Below, in pieces: positions 49,701 through 62,548 of a stretch of DNA of 64,000 bases. Made by a program: the position numbers and the translations under genes. Source of the DNA: Balanoglossus misakiensis. Lineage: Eukaryota; Animalia; Hemichordata. The stretch lies in NCBI GenBank assembly GCA_040954595.2, contig CM082576.2:8373129-8437128 (forward strand), in the 5' to 3' direction. The first letter of the stretch is position 1, and every line of letters starts with the position of its first letter. Under the pieces are notes generated by a model, which had not been told where the DNA came from, did not search any database, and saw only the letters and a list, made by a program, of their open reading frames with translations.

Positions 49701-51852
49701 CAGGTCCTCTTACAAATGTACAGCAAAATAAAAAAAGAAGGGTAGAACACTCAACGGCTTGGAGACTCATCCAGGTGGAAGGAATTGTACAAGACGATGC
49801 ATTCAGACATTGGACAAATCACTAAGAAGTTTCATCTCCTCTTCTTTTCTCGTCATTTTGTCTCATCTCAGATATTAACTTTGGAATTTACTCCCTGATC
49901 GGCTTGGGATATTTTCTAATCACGTCGCACAGGCATTAAGCGCACACTTAATGCCTTTCGGTGCAATTTTATTTTGTAGGCCGGACTTTGTTTTTTTTTT
50001 CAAGACACTGCGCGCCAAAAAAGAGAGAGAGACACCTCCCACACAATGAGATCAGGGCTTATGTTTTGTCTGTTGGCGACTATACTATCAGAGCCTCCTT
50101 CCATCCATGTGTCATATTAACAAATGAAATGGGATGTTTTATACTGAAATAAAATGTTAATACCTTTAGTCCAGCGCCAAGCATTTAATCTGTCTCCCCA
50201 GGTCCCGGCTAAGCTTGCAACTAGAAGAGAATACGCCAAATTAAGGAATTTTACCTGCATGCATGTACTTTTTAACGGCACGGCTAACATGCCTGTTTTT
50301 GGTACGGCCAAGAAAGAAAGGATTCCTCAACCGTTTCCATTAGCAATCAGACAACTATTACTTAACGCTTGGATAATTTTGACGTCATATAGCCAACAGT
50401 TTTGTTGTCTCTCTCCACAAAAAGAAGTATTTTTTCGATAGGGCCAGAATGGTGATTTTCACTTTAGAAGTGTCGACTATAGATTTACAGACGGGAAAAT
50501 ATTTCATGAAATTGTCCGATTTAAAAACGTTTCGCCAAACACTAATGGTTGTATCAAGCCGTTAGCCCTAATTATTCATTAATCGACGCAGTGGGTAAGT
50601 GGGCGCAATGGGAAACGCAAAACAAATTTTACCGATATCTAAATTGGCGTATAAAATGCATGGGTTTATTACACCTACGTGGGTAGCTTACACGTACAAG
50701 TAAATAAAATATTTAGACTTAATTTGGTTTCCGGGGATGTCTTCGAGTCGGGTGTTTTGACGTTGGGGGGGGGGGGAGAACTTTCGATCGACTCTCTCAA
50801 ACTCGTCACCCAGCCTTGATTGAAAGGGTGTAGGAAGCGTGGGATATGACTGAAATTTGGGGATACTACTGTACTACCCCCCCCCCCCCAAACACACACA
50901 TGCAATTTCGGCTTATTTCTTTTCCTTCGTTTTAAAGGTTACTAGCGCGCATTGTCGAACCAAGGTTGTGTTAATCACGCTACTCTCACGGGAAGTAAAC
51001 CCGAGCCAAACTAAACCCATACCCTTAGGGATTCTCAGTAGTAGCAAAATCACTTCTCTTCTTTGTACTAGCTGTACGGTGCGGTGTCCTTTTTAAAGAG
51101 TACGGGAGATTTTTAACTCGAGAGAATTTTTGGCGCAATGCAGAATTCGTAATACCGACTTATGAGTTGTCTTTGACAATTGATCACGGCTTTTTTTGTT
51201 TTCCGTTATTGTTTTTGACAGAGTGTTACTCTGTAAGAGCACTTGCCATTCTGTCACAAAGTGAGTCCCCCGCTGTGGCGTTGAATGTTCAAGATGGCGC
51301 TGTGTAGACTTGAAACAAGTGTCATTCGGCCCCTCGTCTGACGGTCGGTTGGCTTTGAACAATTTAAAATTAAGCACTTGTTTGGCAGTTTCACACCCAT
51401 CGATATTCTTTGATTATTTGCCTTGTGTATTCCTGACCGTTCTTGATCGCGTTCGAAGCTTTCTTCTCCGAGGCCAGTTTCGCAAGTCCCCTTCGTTCGT
51501 TTCTGCAATATCCTGAAAATTGTTCGCTGCGATCACATCAAGACACTATACTGCCATCGGGGGCAAGCTACCTCTCACCCGCGGTTGTCTCCTCTGGTGT
51601 TGGACCGAACAGAGCCTACCCCCCCCCCCCCACCCTCTCAGTGGCAAATTACAGTATCTGAAAAAGTGTGTAAAACTTCAAATTTGTAAACTTACCTAAG
51701 TGGTGATATTCAGGAGGTATGTGGTGCAGATGGGATGGATGGGGGAAGAACGGATACGGACTCGGTCTTGCTGCGTGGATCAGGGTTGGTCTCGGCGCCA
51801 GGATGCTTTCTATCGTGAAAGCCGACGGCGAAGTGCTTGTCAGGTTGATCAT
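43410..51852 (-). CDS. gsc: Goosecoid homeobox protein, 233 aa; complement(join(43410..43742,47600..47811,51696..51852))
   Basis: N-terminal eh1 motif FTIESIL; paired-class K50 homeodomain [46 protein letters not shown]|[15 protein letters not shown] with the typical PRD-class intron between E and V; 702-nt open frame. Confidence 0.96.
47600..47811 (-). CDS. gsc: gsc exon 2 ([14 protein letters not shown]...homeodomain helices 1-2...EERVE)
   Basis: AAACAG acceptor and GAG|GTAAGG donor; the correct frame is not in the ORF track. Confidence 0.96.
51696..51852 (-). CDS. gsc: gsc exon 1 ([22 protein letters not shown]...EYHHL)
   Basis: eh1/Groucho-binding motif; donor G|GTAAGT; no upstream ATG between the putative TSS and this start. 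Confidence 0.92.
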
Positions 51853-52109
51853 TTTAACTGTTTTTTTTGTGTACACACAAGGTTCTGTTGGTGGTGGTTG
51901 GTCCACGAGGGAGGAGGGAAAGACGCGCGACGACAGGCCCCTCAAAAATACTAACTTGTCGGTGAGTTATAAGTTTGTTTTGGAGACGTCACTCGCGATG
52001 ACAGGTTTCGGGTCGAGATTTGGGCTTCGGGAATCGACCGACGGTGTCAGTTCGAGGGTGAGATCGACGAGAACTCGGACCAAGCAGTGCTCACGCCGAA
52101 CACGAGTGC

Positions 52110-52445
52110 CACACTGAACCGGCTTGTTCGACGTAACAGGGTATTTGTAAAACAAAATAGCATTAGTAGGAACAAGAGAGCCAGTGTAATTTTATTGTCA
52201 CAGCGAGCGCTACGCCAATGAGTACCGTGTTATTGTTCCGCGCCTAAGCCCCCCTGTTTCACGCCGAGCCAACAAACTGCCGCTCTCCCATTGGTCCAAT
52301 CTGCCGGTCTGCGTGACGAATGAGAGGAGCTAATTGTAATATAATAAAATAAGGCACGTCCCACTCCATTAGTGACAGAATCTAATCCGCGTTTAGCAGA
52401 GGCTAATTATAAATATAAGCATTTCGAAATCTGATTAGCATCTTT
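52110..52445 (-). promoter_or_regulatory. Putative gsc core and proximal promoter
   Basis: Inr-like TTCAGT near 52115, TATA-like TACAAATA at 52149-52142, CCAAT boxes at 52214-52218 and 52290-52300, and a dense TAAT cluster at 52331-52437 including TAATCC at 52383-52388. Confidence 0.6.
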
Positions 52446-53748
52446 TGTTAGTACAACACCAATAACTGTTGTAAATGGTCCACTCTTCCCTTGATTGATG
52501 GGGAGTGAGAAACGCAACACCCGCCCCCACCTCGCTCGTCTGGGGGTTAAACAGTACAATTCACACACACGTATATCGAAATTGGTCTAGACACCTTCCG
52601 AGCAAACGGCATCACACAGCACACACCAGTGAACAACTTCGCACATATCAAACTTGTTTGGTGCCAAAGTCGCGAGGAGTTGTTTATTTTTATTTCATCT
52701 GCGACAATATTTTCTTGTCGACTCCCTTCTTTCAGCATCTTCGTATATTGAACCCCAAACCTGCCGAACGCTTGGGATAATTGGCAAAGGCTGAAAAACG
52801 TTTGTATTAATTATTGATAAATACTGAATTAAACTGCACCGGGTGGCTGTGTTAAGAGACGACGGTGCTTGTAGTTTGTGTGTATGTGACTCGCCACATA
52901 CAGCCATCACTGGTGGACGCACGGGGGTGGAGGGGGGGGGGGTGGATGGATTTCTTACCGACTTGAAAATCTACACCAGTGGTTTGAAACAAGCGGACTA
53001 GTGACGCCCACATTTGTTTTTGTCACGTTCGTTTTCTTCGAGACATACTTTCAGGAAGGTGGGTGTTTTGTCACTGAGGACTTTCTCGGCAGAAAAAAAC
53101 CGTGAAAGCGGGGAGAACATTTCTAATGGTCTAAGCTGATTGATACTGGTGTAATACAACTGTAGACTAGCTCCCCCATCAGCATAACACAAACACCGTG
53201 GCGTAATATTCTTTTGTGGCGCTTCTACAGAGAATACAGATCTAACCTCCAAACTCGAGATGTCTGGAGAACCAATGAAATGCCGAGTTATTCTAAAAAT
53301 GCGAGCTGGGATGAAATCCCATACCGGGTCTAAACGGCGCGCTTAAGAAGTGGCCGCGGGCTGCCACCAACCAGTAACAACAGAACACAAATAGCTTTTC
53401 GACCCCGAGAAAATTCACTCCTAGAGACCAGTGTACATTTGGTCTTTTCACAAAAAACGGCATTAAGATGGCAAATCTACAGAGGGAGTGAGCGCGCACA
53501 CCATTAAAGGCCTCTTAAGGGTGTCACTTCATCAATACAAGACCACTAAGTCGCCCTTCATTTTTTTTTAAAAAACGTGTCTTTAATTTCCATCCCGGGT
53601 ACCGCACACAGTCGATTATTTTGGTGGACAGTGTATCGCAGACTGAGTATACCCCGCCCCAGTCCGTTGCCTGTGGCTCGCTAATCGAAAGGGGCTCTTC
53701 AGGGAGAGTCCCTCTACGATTCCCCGGGAAATCCAGTCTTACGACACA

Positions 53749-53790
53749 AACACGCGCACACACGCACACGCACGCACGCACGCACGCACA
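53749..53790. repeat. (CGCA)n/(CA)n microsatellite
   Basis: Direct inspection. Confidence 0.85.
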
Positions 53791-56700
53791 GACTGGACCG
53801 GAGAGAGGAAAAATTATCATTAATTAGTATTTGCCAACCATTTCCCTGGGCCGACTTTTAAATCGCCGAATTTACTTCAATAACTCGTCCCGACAGTGCC
53901 GTTAATCCGTTCGAATTTAGCCGAACGCTCCTTAAATACGACCTGCGAGTCGAGCTTTGCGGCGAAGTGCTGATCAGGATGAATGCAGAAAAACACGCCA
54001 ATCGAAATCCACCTTTCTGCGCGTTGTCATAGAAAAGGAAAAACACTATAGACAAACTGAGTTGGCAAGACAAATCCCCCAACGAAACAAATTGAATGCG
54101 CCATAAGCGTTGAAAATATCCAAAATCGTCCTTGGGGTTACGCTGACTGTCGGATTGTCATTATATACTAGTATTTCAGTTTGTGCTCGGCCGAATCGTG
54201 ATACCATTCGCCGAGCAGACGGAGATGGCAAAACCACGGCTGATGATCCCACATCATTTTCCTTTCCTAAGAGACCAAAACAGCGACTCAAATTGGACAA
54301 TAATCGCAAGAAATGTCACCACTTTATAAGATTTGTTCAAGACAAGCCTCCCCACCGCCCCAAACACGTTCGAACTGAGCACTGATTTTTGATTGGTGGG
54401 GCTGCACTCTACAAATACTCAGAATGTGCAGATTCTTCAAATTTCAAAGATAATGGTTTGCTTTCTATTGAACCCTTGCTAAAATAAATGAACTATTTCT
54501 CGACAGTAGCTAACTAAAAAAACATTCTGAATCTCACAGGGACAGGCGCACCTATATTTGGTCCGAGATACCTTGGACATCGCTCATTCGACCACTGCCA
54601 AGTTCCTATATATGAAGTGGTCGGTTTGGGTGGCAGAGCGATAAAAGACAATATGGATATTACTTCATCTCCGAGTATCAAAATCGAACCGTCCGGCGCG
54701 CTTTCGGATAAATCATTAACTGCATGTGATTCCGACAGAATGCCAGCACACGAGTCGACTTCTGCATCATGCCCTCCGCTGGAATAATCTCCCAGTTGCC
54801 AGTTTGCCAGACGAGAACGGCTGCATGATTCGCGCTCACTGAAATGATACCGTCGAGTAGGGTCAAAGGTTACGAGTATCACCTTGGAGATGAGACTAGG
54901 GGGCAGCTGAACACAAAAAATATATGGAAAGTAAAAAGGAGTGTCGCCGCTTCATTTTGTACATGCATTAAAATCGCAAATTCCTGAGATATCGTTTACT
55001 AATTTTCCGAGTGCAATTTTTGGCGCGATTCCTGCCTGTCAATATCTGTAACGAGAGAAGAATCAAACGACCAATATTGTTTTTTTTAATTCAATTTTGT
55101 TAAGCGTATTTCCCCGCTGTTATCAGTTTCCCCGATATGGCGCCAATTTCAAATAAGACTACCACCTGTGATGTAGTACATAGCTAAACCGCGTTTTCGC
55201 ATTTGAAGTCTTCTATTGGTAAAACTTCACTGGCTGTAGCACCTGGAGTCAAGACTATAACTTAGAATAAATGAACAGTCGTCTGCTGGGTACATTTATC
55301 AGACCCTTCTGATAAATATGATTTCTCAGACACCCACATTTTAATCTTGTTGGCGACGTAAATTACAGCTTATCATCAGACTTTGCACTATCTTTCTGTC
55401 TAGATTCACATCTCCAAATTTTCTTCAGGGGTTTGCATCGCATCTTTATCCACTGCGTTCATTTTCGGCTTACCCGCCGACCTGCCTACCCGCCTATCGG
55501 TTAACGTTAGTCTATCTGTCTGTATGTGTCTGCCTCTGCGTGTCTGTCTGTCTGTCTATATGTGTGTGTCTCATGTCCCTCTCCATCTCTCTCTCCCCCC
55601 CCCTCTCTCCCCCCCTCTCTCGACGTCGGCGAAAACGCGCCGGATCTTGGGAGCAAACTCTAGCCTGTCGCCCGACGTTTGCAGAATCAACAACAAAGTC
55701 GACCCGTTACCGTTCGACTAAGTAGTAACAGGGGGGGTGAAATCTCTCTCTGTAACTAACTGAACACCGTCAGCTGCAAGCTGACCAAATCTTTGTAAAG
55801 TTGTATCCAGCGATAAGTCGGCCCTACAGGCACCGCCCGTATATGGTTACATAGCTCTTAAACAGGACATTATAACATAAAAACCCGACATCCTAAGCTG
55901 GCTAGATCAATTCTATAGTAAATCAACACCGGTCTGTTTGTGAATATTAACGCCGACCTACTCATGGATTCATCCAACTCTTTTTTTTTCTGTTCCACCC
56001 CCCCCCCCCCCCCTCTACTTTTCGTGTCAAATCCCGTTTGTTCGGTCTGCAAACAAATAAAAGAGCCTTGAATGACACACAAAGGCTTCTAATGATTGAA
56101 GTGACACTTTCTAATTGATTTATCCATTTACTGATTGAGAGCTTTTAGACAATACTCCTCAGAAAAGGAGCAACTGTAATTACGTTAAACAAATTTTACT
56201 CCATTAGCTCAGCACCCCCTTTCAAACAACCCACTAACACTTCCAAACACACTTCCCCCCACCGACCGCATACCGGGCACTGCTCTCCAGCTCTCAACAC
56301 TCTCGTTCCTCCGCGTCGGCGAGATTTAAGACCAAAAGCAAGCGTCCTGCATAGTTTCGCGACAAAAAAGTGAAAGATTCCTCAAATCTACTTACTGGAG
56401 AAGAGAGAAATCCCGACTACACCGACCTAAATCCCGCGCTGCGAAGAAAAGAAATTATATAATCTGTTTAACTTGCCACCGTGTTCGAGTTTGTACACAC
56501 TGGAAGAAAAACACACGTTTTAAGTTTGTTATTGTTTTGTAAACTGCAATCCATGCACAAAATACACTATTAAAAGTGCATTGTAGAGCTTTAAATGAGG
56601 CAGGTGTTGGCCAATTCTAAGGCAATTTATAAATACAAAAAAAAAGTTTGTGGCCTTTCTCTGAAAAAATGGGATAGTCAGGCGCGAGTTTATTTAATGA

Positions 56701-58817
56701 CTTCGACTTTGATTGTAATCTGGCGATGACAGCGCTAAACCTGTTATGCTCCGTTGGAGTTGATCGATGCGGCCATCTAGCCAAGGTAAACCCAACCCCA
56801 TAAGACTTTCTTCATACGCGCCCTGTCAAAACTGTCGCACAACGGCATGTTTGGGATCTGTAGCCGCGGTACGCGCGCGCTCATGCCCGGAGATGCAAGG
56901 GATTGTTGTCACTTTGTGTGGAGAGAGGGAGGGAAGGAAGGGAGGATGGAGAATGAAATTTTGGAACAGATCTCGCTCGGCGCCGATGTTACTGCGATTT
57001 CCATCGATGCTGCACAGAAGTCTCCAGGATGCGAAATGTGTCAAAATTCTCGCAGTCGACAAGGTGTCAATTATGGCCTGAGTTTGATTTTCCGCTGAAG
57101 CCCGGGCGCTTGCGTAACAGTTCTTAGCCGCTAAGCCCGTTCAGTATTCGCCAAAGAGGCAATCCCAATAAAGTGGTTGTCAGCCTTGCGCTGGGGCTAG
57201 TGTACACAGAGATCGGAATCCCGGCTTGGCATGACTTTTTTTTACACGGCTGACAAAATGTTTGCGGAGGGATGGGTTTTCTTAAGAGATTGGAATCCCT
57301 GACATTTCGATGGCATAACTTTGTAAGGCAGAATCCAGCGCGTTTGTTTTCTGACGAATTTGGCGCAGACAATGGCAAGTGAACGTTAATTTCATCAGAG
57401 CACACATTCCGCGAACAATACGGCAGAGTAAAGACCGCGCTGATCATTTAAAGCAACGAAACCGAGTAGTCCCTTTTTTGTCGCTTTTAAAACAGTGGCC
57501 CAATTGACTGTTTATTTGGTAATTAATGGGCAATTGGGAGGGATCTTAACACGAGTCGGTCACACCTTTCCGAAGTAGGGGAGGGGGGAGGGGACGCGAG
57601 AAAGAAAAGATCTTTTAGCAGAGGTCGGGAAGAAAATAGACGCCCATAAGGAGTGCTCTGCCACAGTTTAAGGGGATCATCGCCGCTATGAAACCAACAC
57701 GCAGAAAAAAAGTAAATTACAATCCATAAAATGAAACCCGACAAGAGACTTTATCCGGAAACATTAATGGAAGCTTAAGGCTTAATTACACAATTTGGTT
57801 ATCGATCTGTCACCGATTAAAACAAGCTGAATGTCTGTGTGCATTTCGGTGTTCCATCGATTGAAACGTACACGACATGTCTATTTCATGATGAAATGAA
57901 TGCGGATAGACCACCGGTAAAGTAAACTCGCGCTGTCGGTTAGTAATCCCCGTCCCACAGTACACACTTTTAACAAATCAATATGTCATGACACGTAATG
58001 CTTCACTTCATTCTGAAGATTGGGAAATCGATGAAACTGTACAAAAACGTTGCCATGGCAAGCACAATTGAAACATACATTCGATGTATCAATTTCACGC
58101 GGCACTCGTTGCGTGAACGCGCCGAGTTTGCCGTCTTTGTAAAAGCATCCTCATTGTCAACGACAAACGCTTAAGCATCTTTGCTGCGGCCGCAGGTTAA
58201 GCAAGACTTTCATTCGACAATTAGCGAAAAAAGGCACCGGTCCTTTTGATGGTCGTGAAGTGCAATTATGTTAGACTGAAGAAGGAAGCTAATTAAACAG
58301 TCTAGTCGTTAGTGAAAAGACAACCCTTTTTGCGCTGGTTTATGCTCTAATCGCCTTTGATTTATTGTCTTGTCGGGATTAATTAAACGAGAAAGTTCCA
58401 TGACAGCTGTAGACTACACGATGCCGCCGGAAGCCAAATGGTAAAAGAACTCGTACTTACAATTCAGTTCAAACAACTTATATTTTTGAAGAAGAGAAAA
58501 ACGCCTTTCTTTTAATTTAAAGAAAAGGACATGAAAATCGGAGTTTTGTGACATGATATTTGAAGAAGAAGAAAACATCCAATACTGCTGATAGATATCC
58601 AGATCCACCGTCTGCTACCCATGTTAAGGCGAACAGGCGTTACAGGTGGCGATCTCGAAAAATATTTTTAACATCTTTTGATGCTATTTTCAACGATTTT
58701 ATACCCATCTATTCGGCAATTTTCACAGACGCCTACACCCATTATGTGAAATGAATGTGAAATCGACCGAATAAGAGAATCTTAGAAATGAGCATCATAT
58801 ATGGTACATCTTTGTTT

Positions 58818-58822
58818 GACAA

Positions 58823-58862
<40 letters not shown>

Positions 58863-58864
58863 AC
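58818..58864. repeat. (GACA)n microsatellite, imperfect
   Basis: Direct inspection; followed by degenerate ATCA repeats. Confidence 0.9.
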
Positions 58865-59494
58865 GGAGCATTCACTCGCTCGAAAAATCAATAAACCAAT
58901 CGGTAAATCTATCACTCAATCGATCAATATTAATCGCGTTGGCACGCTTTCAATCGACCACTGTGACAGAACAAACCACTTGACTGGGGGGAAATTAAGT
59001 GAAAAGGATAAAGGGACATGAGGATAACTTTGCACCTCACAACAGGACAGGAAGTATCCGAAAGGATAGTACTCACGCGGTCCACATCAAAACCATTTTA
59101 CTCTACTGTTACGCTTCTGACTAAACCACACGGCACGATCAACTGTCTGAAACCTAACGATCTCACCGATACAAATCAAAACGTCGGTCTCTTTGTAATG
59201 AATCTCACTTACACTTTTCGTGGCATCATCGTCTCAGGTCATCTGAAAGACCTGCGCAACCGAATGCCATTTATGACGACATGGTTCATCTCCACGCGTC
59301 ATCGATTACGTCACAAAATCTAATCTCCGGGCACAACATAAAACCTTGGCACGATTCTAGCCCACTGAAGACTATATGTTTTTCCCAATGTTATCATATA
59401 ACAATCAAACACTAATGCCATTTTACATATGATGCAAATGTGTTTAAAATATTAAAATTGCAATATCAACCGTGATCAACACTGATTTTAACAT

Positions 59495-59970
59495 AGTCAA
59501 AAGTATTGGTCTGATGACCATCAGTGGAGGAACCAAATTACATAGTTAAAAGAAAAATCTTCAAAACCAGTTTGTATTCAAGGTCATTTCAAAATTGATA
59601 GTAAACCTGTTGAGAATGCATGCCCTGGTTAGACAACAGACCGCACTTTGACACGGAAATCCCCACATTGAGAAAATCAGAAAAGCTCGCGGGTTCATTC
59701 ATTACTTTCACAGGATCATCTGCCCCATACCTATCCAACTTCATTCAGTTCGAACAATAATCTTGAACAAATTCCAAAAGGTCAATCTTTCCATCTCTGC
59801 GCAAAACTTTAAGAAGACAGCTGCACAATGCTGACACTCCATCCCAATTGCCATATTGAAGAACACTGAGACACTAAACAGAAATGGAGGACTCCGAAAA
59901 GTATTACATCTCCAGGTCTTACATTCATGACAGGTTAACTCCAAAAACCTTGAAGTTTTTTCCTGTGTGT
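59495..59970 (+). mobile_element. Highly decayed non-LTR retrotransposon (CR1/L2/Jockey-like) ORF2 3' fragment
   Basis: Collinear remnants across stops and frameshifts: KYWSDDHQWRNQI (cf. KYLG..SDLSWNKHI), KPVENACPG* (cf. RPVLEYACPVW), EKIRKARGFI (cf. EKVQRRAARFV) and a terminal FFP. Confidence 0.5.
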
Positions 59971-62380
59971 CTAATGTACCTTGTTTCCTTGCCTCATAGA
60001 AGACCAAAAATGAATTTTATAATTTTATTTTACACGTGTATGTTATACACACAATGTATATTCACATGCAATGTTTTTACAAGAATTGCCCCATGTAGTG
60101 TCTGGGACTAGTATACAAGGTATATTCGTCTCAGGTAGTGTATACATCTACTTACATTTCCGGTGAAATAAAGTTCAGTTCAGTTCACCCTATTCTATGA
60201 CATGTGACCCTTTGAAATGACATTATGACCCCGTGTGTTAAACCAAGGAAGTCCCATAGAAGACAAAGAGTGGGTTTATCGCCTTTCTTTAAATTCGCAT
60301 GAACATGGGAAGATAAAATTGCGGCACACGGTGAGACTAGTCGCAGACTTTTCTCCTCAAAACGTTGCAAACCACAATACTACTACGTGTGATATGATAT
60401 CGCGCTGGAGAATGCTTGGACTCATACATAGGTTGAAACTTTATGTCTACGGTTCTTCGGCAACGAACGGTTCTGGTGAAATATTTTTGTCAACATATAC
60501 CTTCTTATTCGAAGTCGAATCGAAGGCATTTGTCTCTTTTATTACGCTAAACGGACGCACGAAGCTGGGATGGGAAGACCGCATTCTGTGGAAATGGCTC
60601 AGTTTCCGTGATGAATTTGCAGTGACAATTGACAGATACACCAGGGCGCGCTTGACTGGTGTCGTAATTGGATTGTGCACATAAAGAACGCTTAAAGCAT
60701 CCCTGGGTGTAATATATTAAAAGCTGGTGGAGGAGGAAATCTCGCCGTGAAAACGTCTTAATCATCGCATATTAACCTGTCGGTCGTTGTTCATTTTTTT
60801 AAACAAAAAAAACTCTCTGGAGTGGGTAAATTTTCCACAGAATCCGTCGAGGGCTCAAAAATAAAAGAGAGGAAAAAAGGTGTGGCACGAATAGGGCATG
60901 ATTAACAAATTAAAGTGCCTTTCGTTTTATTCTAGTTTGATTACGGGGGTAGACACGGGTACCCTAACCCGTGTTATGATTTTTTTAAGTTGCTTGTATT
61001 GACGGAGACGTTTCCAGATTGAGCAATATCAAAAGTTTCCCGTGCAAGATGAAATATGGCTCAACAAAAATGGAAATCACTACCTCGGAGCATGCATTGT
61101 AAGAGTACAGATAAGGGAGGGGGGAGAGAGAGAGAGATTTGAATTATCGGTAAATGCCGTCACCTGTCAACTATAGTGTTTTACCAGTTGTTCTTTTTTT
61201 GATGCAACAAAGACGGTATTTTGCAGTCTTTATTCCGGTGATATAGAACGGATAAACGAGTAATGGGTTTCTGCAGTACATACATAATTACAACGAGTTT
61301 GATGAAATTGTTGGTAAGCTGTTAAAAGTCGGCTCAGCTCGCTTTAGGAAATTGACAAAAATATGGGAATAGAGTGACACGCACATGTTACCGATATTTT
61401 AATATCACTCCAATCTGATTACATGCAAGATATCAACTCTGAAAATCCGGATACGAGCTTACGTCCTTTTTATACTTAATCTGAGCTGGGCTACATGGCT
61501 AAATCCTGCAGCGTGCGATGACAATTGCATTTTCCACTAAAGTGACACGGGTCGATTGAAAGTGAATGTTTACTGTGTAATTGCTGTTTCTGGTGCTTTG
61601 CTAGTGCCGTCATTCACGAGCGAAAATGTTCTCTATCTCCTATAGTATGAAAAAAAGGTGATAAAGGCGGCGAAGAATAGACGCGCTGCCCCGGATTAGC
61701 AACATTTCACAATTGTCAGTGTTCAACAAACAAAATCGAAAGTTTCCCTTTTTTGAAAGAAAAAAAAATTGTAGGGCTTTTGTGCGCGATTACTCATATC
61801 CTCCCCGTGTTACCGTGTGTGAGGGACCACCCTCTATGAATGCCGGTGTATTAGCCACCAGCGTTACAGCGCGCTGAACTTTCAATGCTTCGCTACCGGA
61901 TTATCCCGGCTGACACTTTCCACGAGAAGGGCTCAAAAACTCGAGAGCCGCCAAGTTCCTTCGCTTTTATCCTCGCTTTTCTTTTCAATCTCGCCTCTTG
62001 TCTTTGCAATCGCATGTGACCAAAAATAAAACCCAACGGGTCAATACAGTCGCCGAATAAAGGCCTCGCCGACAAAGCCTCAAACCTTCCTATTCGGCGG
62101 CTAATGTTCTGTAAAATACTCGCTAGTCGGTTGTATTCCTTTCCTAAATGAGCTTAGTGACCCATTCTATGGATGGCTTTGTCACTCCACGGAGAAGTAG
62201 ATAAACAGTTTTATCCATATTGTAAAGCCTCACGTTTTATATCGAAAATACACCGAGCGACACAACACCGGGCTCCACTGAAAAGTCTGTGTCTTATGTA
62301 GGCGAAAGGTCTTTTACTTTGATATTTTAAGCTTGCAGAGGGGAAGGCATTTTAGTTTAACATGATTCAATAATATTACG

Positions 62381-62513
62381 TACATACATACATACATACA
62401 TACATACATACATACATACATACATACATACATACATACATACATACATACATACATACATACATACATACATACATACATACATACATACATACATACA
62501 TACATACATACAT

Positions 62514-62548
<35 letters not shown>
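62381..62548. repeat. Compound microsatellite (TACA)~34(GACA)~8
   Basis: Direct inspection. Confidence 0.98.
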
